A stretch of DNA of 64,000 nucleotides, taken from Salpingoeca rosetta. Taxonomy: Eukaryota; Protista; Choanoflagellata. The position numbers were made by a program, and so were the translations under genes. The stretch spans positions 1,795,393 to 1,859,392 of the forward strand of contig JAWQFM010000004.1 in assembly GCA_033442325.1 (NCBI GenBank), read 5' to 3'. Shown here in pieces: positions 56,416-64,000 of the stretch (its first letter is position 1; each line of letters starts with the position of its first letter). The notes beneath the pieces were generated by a model that was given only the letters and a program-made list of their open reading frames with translations, was not told the origin of the DNA and made no database searches.

Positions 56416-56794
56416 AAAGCTATGATGAGCAGGACGGTTGATGAGTTACAATGATGAGCACACACAAACGCTCAAACTGGACGTTATTGGCGTGACTCAC
56501 TCATCTCCAATACCAGTCGTTGGAGACAAACAACAAAAACGACAACAACAACAACAACACACAACACACTCACACACGAAGCTGTCCACAAAAAGATATG
56601 CTTGTTCGACACAAATAGCAACACAGAATCAGCAAGAGAAAAAAAGCACCAGCGCTCAGTAGAAGCGAGCGTGGAGTTAGACTAGAAGTAGAAGGAGACA
56701 CGCAGCTCATGGGCATAGGCGGTGTCTTCTGTTTGTTCCAAAGAAAGTGCGGCGCGCACACGCGCACGCACACACACACACACAATAAGCGTTC

Positions 56795-58383
56795 TCACAC
56801 ATCGATTGCGTCCATCACTGCCATAAAGTCCGCAGACGGGTTGGCCCGCACAGCTGCACGCACCAGGGCGAGTTGAAGCAGGGAGACAAGTGTGGTGATG
56901 GTGTTGGTGGTGGTGGTGGTGGGGGAAACGATGGTGGTGCGTGGCAGTGTGGGAAAACGGTGAGTATGCATGTGAGTGCAACGTGACGTGCATGCAGCTG
57001 TAAAGCGATCAAACCACAACAAGAACACACGAACGTGAACGACAACGCCAATACCACCACCACAGGCAGCAACCACCACCACCGCCACCACCACCACCAC
57101 AACAAACACCAAGCAACAGCGCACCTTTCAAGATGGCTGGTCCAGAGTGACCGAGCGAGAAGAGCGCAACAATGTCGCTGGGCGAGAGGTTGTGCATGGG
57201 CGGTAGGCGTGCAAGCACGGCGTCGGGCGTGTCCAGCAACACCCCATCCTCTGCCCCTTCATCGTCATTCCCTTCATCGGCCTCATCATCCTTCGCGTCG
57301 CCAGCCTCACCCCTCAGCGCCCCGCGCTCTGTCGGCAAGAGCCGCAGCCCGTGTGCGAGTGCTGGTGCAAGTTCCCGCGATATAGATGAAGATGCTGGCG
57401 GTGATGACGATGGCTGTGGTGGCGGTTGTGCTCGCGGCACATCGGAGCCCGTGATGTTGAACAGCTCCGGCCTGTTATTCTGCAGTTTGCTCAGGAAGAT
57501 GATATCACTACAACATGTGTGTGTGTGTGTTTGTGGTGGATGGGATGCGACAAGGGGGGAGGACACACAACGAACGATGTGTGAGCGAGCAGTGGAAGGA
57601 AACAAGGCGAAGGTGGACGACCAAAATTCACAGTGAATAAACCGTGACACAGCATGACACAAGCAATACATACAACCAATCCACCAAGCACAGGAGCAAA
57701 CAGCACTACCACGCAACAGCAAGCAATGCAGCACCACGCAACAGCAAGCAATGCACCAAGCAACAACAAGCAACAACAAGCAACGCAACACCATCGCACC
57801 TCTTTGCCATGACGGAGCGAAGGCCAATGGAGAGGGCGGTTTCGCTGAAGAGCACGAGCTTGACCGTCTTTCCAAACTGGGGGCGACGCAGCGCCTCAAT
57901 GACCGGTACAAAATCGCCATCGCCGATGAAGCAGTACACGTGTGTCACATCTGGTGGCAGCGAGGTTAACAGGAAGGCGGCAATGTCCACGTCGACCCCA
58001 GCTTGCACAGGTCGCACCACCTCCTTCCCAGGCTGGGAGTGAACGCAGGTCTTTTCGGGGCAGCGAATAGCCATTGGCTTCAGGTGCTGGATGTGCGTCT
58101 TGATGAGGATGTCCTTTCCCGCCTCTGTTTGCATCTGCTCAAGCAAGGCCTTGTGAAAAGCGCGTCTTGCTTCGTCGTTGCGCGTCATCCCTGGAAAGTC
58201 GTGGTACTTGGGGTTGATGACCGCGTCAAAGTAGTGAATCTCCGACACGGTGATGCCGTGCAGCATGGATAGCGCGAGCGCCGCCTGCACCAAGTACGCG
58301 GGGTGTGCTGTTGGGTGGCCTGGATCTCGCAACAGCTGTTGCGTATAAAGGCCGCCATCCACAACCAACACTGCCTTCGCCAT
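56795..58383 (-). CDS. NYN-domain putative RNase, paralog 2, with Pro/acidic linker and C-terminal UBA-like helices
   Basis: Exons 57800-58383, 57125-57507, 56795-56853. Motifs AVLVVDG, IHYFDA, QAGVDVDIA, IGDGDFVPVIEALR. Tail SDIVALFSLGHSGPAILKAVRANPSADFMAVMDAI. Confidence 0.8.
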
Positions 58384-58905
58384 GACACGAGAGCGAGGTG
58401 CAAGGAACAGCAAGCACTGGGCAAAGAAAGAAAAGTGTGTGTGTTGTCAACAGCGCGCAAGGGCTGTCGAAGGGCTGCTGCGGCTAACTGTAGCCGAGCA
58501 CAGGTGGTGGTGGGGGGCCTTTCTTCTCCTTCCTTTCTTCTCCTTTCTTTCTTCTCCTTCTGTTCTTTTCCTCTGTTCTTTTCCTTTGTTCCTTGGTAAC
58601 AATCCTGGAGATGCACTGGCCCGCAGCACAGCGCGGTGGTGAGCGCGAAGGCGAAGGTGTTCAGATGGTGGCCGTCGTCGAGAGGAGGACGGCACAGTTC
58701 GGTTGTCTGGCTGGTAAGGACGAGAGAAAAGGTTGAGTGTGGCGTGGTGTCATGCCTCAAATGCTGCTGTGGTGATGACGAGTCACATGCAACCCCGTCG
58801 CCATGCATGTCACTAAAGCAAAACCGCTGACACCCTTCAATTACGACTGAATTCAGTGTTCAGCATTTCAGGCAGCGCAAACGCACAACAAACACAACAG
58901 CCACC

Positions 58906-59118
58906 ATGATGATGGCTGGGCTGTTGTGGGGTCCTCGCAGTCGGGTGCTCGCTTCTGCTTCTGGTGGTGGTGGTGGTGTTGTTCTTCTTCTTCTGCTGTT
59001 TGTTCTTCTCCTGGAAACGCAGCCCGCCCCTGCAGCAGCTCTAACCTGCGACGGCACCACCCTGGGTTGGTGCAATGATGCCACAGCCTCCGGCTTCAAC
59101 CTCACAGTAAGTGTGCGT

Positions 59119-59161
<43 letters not shown>

Positions 59162-59173
59162 TGTGTGTGTGTG

Positions 59174-59229
<56 letters not shown>

Positions 59230-59967
59230 CTGTGTGTGTGTGTGTGTGCGTGACGGACTTGGCTCATTGAAGCTCATGTGCCCTCGCTTGTACACCCTAC
59301 ACACTCGTACACACACACACACACCCTCTCTCACTCAACACCCCAACACTTAACACACACATGCACACCCCAACCCACGTTCCCGCTTCCCTTCCTCAAC
59401 CCCCCCCCCCCGCGGCCGCGCGCCAAACACCACCACGTGCGTGCAGATGCGCTGCCGCCTGCAGCGTTCATCGGGCAGTACTTTGGCGCGGACGGCGTAT
59501 CTGTTGTTGGTGCGGGTCCGCCGCCCTGCTACCCCATATCCCATCGCCCAGATGAGCACGTGCAGTTTGAGCTGTCATCCAACGAGCCCGACACCACATT
59601 TCAATGCCGCCTCCTCCCCTTTGACCACGCGCGAGGATTCTTTCCCGGCGCACCGGACATATGGTCCGCCAACAACACGCGCACGTGGCTGCTCGACCTG
59701 CAACACACGCTGAAACAACAGGAACAACAAGGACAAGAGGGAGGTGCCGTGGATAACACACGCGCACTTCTGCTCTCCGCCATCACCATTGCGTTGGCAA
59801 ATGGCATGACAGCTGCCGATATCACGACGGCTGCAACCGTTTCTACCGCTGATGATGATGATGGTGCATTGCGCCTCCTCGCTCGCCGCATCGCCCTGCA
59901 GACAACCCCGTTTGTCGCCTGCGGTGCCAACAGCGACAGCGATGGCACAGGCACCACACCACCCGGC

Positions 59968-60011
<44 letters not shown>

Positions 60012-60637
60012 GTCGTCGTCGTCGTCGACGACGCTTGTTCGGTACCACCACCTGCAGTTGCAGCATGGCGTGATGCGGTTTGAGGCGCGAGCACTCGACA
60101 CGGCCGGTAACACGGGCGACGCCGCGGCGTATGTGTGGTTCGTTGATGGCGATGCGCCCCGGGTTGGTGTGTCCACAGCGCACCATCGCACGAACACAAG
60201 TCTGCTCGACACGACATTCGCCGTCACGGAGACGGTCGTCGACGCAATGTTCACCGACCACACAGGTGGGCATGTGTACGTGCATGTGTGGATGCGCATA
60301 AGCGGGTGCTTCTGTGGACACACAAAGCCTGGTCTCTGCTGCAATTATATGCTCTTCTCCTCACACAATGTGGATGCTGCCTGCACCACTGTCACATCAC
60401 CATCATCATCATCATCATCATCACCACCACCACCACCATCAATCATCACCTCATCATTATCACCAGCATCGACGTGGGACTGCAACCGCTATTCGTTCCA
60501 GATCAAACTCGAGGGCGAAATCATCGCGCCCGTGAGTAGTCGCAACTGTTGTGCATGTGTGCCTGTGTGTGCCTGTCCTCTGTCTGCCGCTCTGCTGTAT
60601 CTATCCATTCCCAACTCGCTGTTGCACCACTAACGTC

Positions 60638-60675
<38 letters not shown>

Positions 60676-60677
60676 CT

Positions 60678-60717
<40 letters not shown>

Positions 60718-60742
60718 CTTAAACAACAACTTAAACAACTCA

Positions 60743-60775
<33 letters not shown>

Positions 60776-61141
60776 TTAAACCACAACAACAACGACAACA
60801 ACAACTTAAACCACAACAACAACGACAACAACAACAACTTAAACAACAACTTAAACAACAACTTAAACAACAACTTAAACAACAACCCACCACTCTCCTT
60901 CCGCACATTTGCAGTTCTTGGCGGACACGGCGCGATTTGTGCCGCGTGGTTCGTTCAGTGATGACGTCAATGCTTACAACATCACCAAGTACGACTACCG
61001 CGCCCTGTCAACTGTCCTTACACCGGTCCTCCCCGGCGAAACGCGCGCGTTTACGCTCTCGGTCGCCGCACGCGATGTTGCTGGAAACACTGGCAGCGAA
61101 CAGGCCCTCACCATTATCGTCGGTGCGTCATGCAGCTTTGT

Positions 61142-61175
<34 letters not shown>

Positions 61176-61187
61176 GTGTTGTGTGTG

Positions 61188-61239
<52 letters not shown>

Positions 61240-63065
61240 TGTCTGTCTGTCTGTCTGCCTGTCTGTCTGGTTGTCTACCCCTCTGTGTGCGTCTGTGCTG
61301 GAAATACACAATGAGCTACTTACCATTCTCAACCCACCTACCCCTTTTCCCCCGCCCCCAACAAACAATCACAGATCGCGACCCTGCCGATGCGTTCGTG
61401 ACATCATCGTTATCGTCCTCCTCCTCCTCCTCCTCCATCATCTCTCCGCTCGCATCGCCGCCACTCGAGTTCTTCTCGGACGAGGAGGGCAGTACGCGCG
61501 GTATTGCATACGCGTGCGCCATCAACCCAACAACAACGGGAACAACAGGAACAACGGGAACACCAGGAACAGCTGCCAGTGGACGCCTCGTGTGGCCGTG
61601 CACCCTCACGTCGCTCCTGTCAACCCTCCTCACCGCCCACAACGACAATGATAGCACCAACGACAACACGGCCGGCGCTGCTTCTCCCATGCGCATCACA
61701 GTCGCTGCTGTCGATGAAGCGCACGCAATCCCATCAGCATCCCTTTCCCAAACATCGTCGTCGTCGTCATCACGGCAGCAGCAGGTGGCCAGCGCGGTTG
61801 TCACTGTAGACACGACGGCGCCAACAGCGGTGCTCATATCCACACCGCCGGCACGCGTGTCCCGCAGCACAACTGCCGCATTTCAATTGCAGGCGAGCGA
61901 ACTGGCCCGGTTTTCCATCACCCTCCAGCAACAACAACAGCAGCAGCAACAACAGGATGGTGGTGGTGGTGGTGTCATCACGCGGCAGGTCATGCACACG
62001 GTGGAAGCCGTGTCCAGTCCGAACCAAGGAGCAGGACTCGTCTCGCGTGCGAGCGTGGTCCTCCCTGCGGGTATAGGGTCCACACAGCCGCTGGCCGACG
62101 CGCAGTACACGCTGCTGGTAACGCCCATCGACCTTGCAGGCAACACGGGCGCAACCCTCCGCATCACATGGACGGTGGACACGCAACCGCCTCTCGTCAG
62201 CGTTGCCGCGGTTGGCAGCTGGCTGCCCAGCACAGGGGCGGGCCGAACCGCCATCACGACAGCATCATTTGCGCTCACAGCGGTGGAGGACCCGTTTGTG
62301 TCGTTCCAGTGCGCACTCGAGTGCGTGCAGGCATTTTCGTGCCCGCAATCGCCGTGCACGCATCCGGGCGGCTCCATCACCGACGCCAGCGCAACGGTGA
62401 GTGGTGACGGCAGCGGCTGCGCTGTTGGCGATGAGGAGCTGCAGCCGTGCTCCGCGTCACTCGTCATCACGGGCGTGCCTGAGGGGACGCACGTGCTGTG
62501 GGTGCGGGCTGTGGATGGCGCCGGGAACGTGGGCGACACGACAATGGTGGAGTGGGTGGTGGACACGACGCCGCCGACTGCGACAATCGACACGACACCT
62601 GGCGTTGCGCCAGCGAGGAGAAGTGCGGCCTCCTCTGTTTCGTTCTCCATCGACGTGGACGAGACGCTCTCCACGCTCCAGTGTCTTCTCGTCAACGCAA
62701 CACGGGCAGCCCAACTCAAGACAACAGCAGCAGCAGCAGCAGCAGGTGGAGGTGGAGGACAGGGCAGTGCTGCTGGTGATGGCGATGGCAACGGTGGTGG
62801 TGGTGGTGATGCACTGGCGACATGGGGATGGGAGGTGTGCACGTCACCAGTCGCTTACGACGGATTGGCTGAGGGAGATTATGTGTTGTTCACACGAGCG
62901 ATTGACGCAGCAGGAAATGTCCAGGGACAGCCAACCAGTGCTGCTGGTGCTGGTGCTGGTGTGGATGGTGAGACGAGCAGTGTCCTGGTGGGTGCATGGG
63001 ATGAGTTTTCATTCACCATCGACACGACCGCACCTCATGCCACCATCTCCTCCGTGGCTTCCTCA

Positions 63066-63097
<32 letters not shown>

Positions 63098-63634
63098 GTC
63101 AGTGCCTGTTGTGACGCGTGATGTTGTGCGGTCGTTGACGGTCGCCTTCTCCGAGCAGCTGTCATCGCTTGCCTGCAAGCATTGTTACGCAGTTGGGGGC
63201 GTGACGAGCGATGATGCAACCTGTCGCCCTGCGACAACGTGCGACTTTGCAACGGGCACCATCGCAGCTGTCGCTGCAGGTGTTGCTGGGGAGCCCACGC
63301 TCGCCATCACCAACAACGGCACCGCCCTCGTGTCGTGCATGCAGGCATTTGAACGCGGCTGCAACGTGCAGGATCCAAGTGTACCGGGCACACCGACATG
63401 CCCGCTTGGATTTCTGCACGTGTGCGGGGTGACGCAGCTATCGTACAGCGCCACGTGCAACGCGTTTTCGGATGAGCAGCAGCAGCGTGCGTGCGTTGAG
63501 GAGAACACATACACACACTGGATCGAACTCACGCTCACAGACGTCGCCGGAAACACCGCAACACAGCGCATCGACACCTGGATCTTCGGTGAGCGAATTA
63601 GGGTGTGTTGTGGGTGTGTCTATGTGCGCGTGTG

Positions 63635-63678
<44 letters not shown>

Positions 63679-64000
63679 CTGTGCGTGTGTGTGCGTGCGT
63701 GTGGGTCAGTATCTGTTTAAGCATATGTGTGCGTATCCCACCAACCGCTCCATGCTGCCCAGTTTTTTTTTTTTTTTCGCGTTTCCTCATCAACCACTCC
63801 CCCCCCCCTCCGTCTCACATCAAACCACCGCCACTGCCACCCTCAACAGACATGTACAAACCGGCTGTCCGTGTCAGCGCACAGCTTCCATCATCATCGT
63901 CCTCCTCCTCGTCTCTGCAGTTGACGCAGCCATTCTTCGATGCCGTACAACAGGACTTTGCCACCGGTATTCCACAGCTCGCGTTTGCATCCGCACCGAC
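58906..64000 (+). CDS. Large secreted/surface protein with tandem bacterial Ig-like (Big) repeats; 3-prime partial
   Basis: Signal peptide, then repeated DxAGN...(W/F)xVDTTxP motifs (ALDTAGN, PIDLAGN, AVDGAGN, AIDAAGN, LTDVAGN). The exon 61375-63587 is an open frame with no stop before the window end, so it is absent from the ORF track. Other exons ~58906-59106, 59446-60265, 60466-60531, 60914-61122, 63850-end. Confidence 0.8.
60637..60886. repeat. Intronic (AAC)n tract interrupted by AACTTAAAC higher-order units
   Basis: Directly visible. Confidence 0.9.

Noticed and set aside
61316-63577. Minus-strand and alternative-frame ORFs over the Ig-repeat gene (similar shadows occur over the propeller, kinase and WD40 genes)
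   Set aside because: Shadow ORFs of GC-rich coding sequence; the motif-bearing frame is a different one.

Overview
Eukaryotic, intron-rich, GC-rich draft-assembly DNA with dense (CA)n/(TG)n microsatellites, polyQ/polyS tracts and four N-gaps. The style suggests a choanoflagellate such as Salpingoeca rosetta (inference, not provable here). Most ORF-track entries are microsatellite or antisense artefacts, so I rebuilt genes by hand from GT-AG splice sites. The window has two zones. Left zone (~0-39 kb) is an accessory birth-and-death region of recognition/defence-like genes, many with lesions: two intronless F-box-like/LRR paralogs; four secreted 7-repeat beta-propeller paralogs plus an L-domain protein, all sharing one N-terminal stalk module; a decayed Cu-ATPase; an OTU-like 4-TM protein; a DUF4062-NACHT-WD40 (NWD/NLR-like) gene; and a 9-exon TM-LRR-coiled coil-TKL kinase-PARP-like ADP-ribosyltransferase gene split by one in-frame TAA. 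Right zone (~39-64 kb) is mostly housekeeping: zeta-crystallin quinone reductase (one exon inverted), head-to-head NRAMP and ZIP metal transporters, a Sec20-like SNARE, an ACOT7-like thioesterase, two NYN-domain nucleases, and a large secreted bacterial-Ig-repeat protein that runs off the window end. The best novelty candidates are the LRR-kinase-ART receptor/effector fusion and the modular stalk-plus-swappable-head secreted family. Family assignments come from motif recognition, not database searches.
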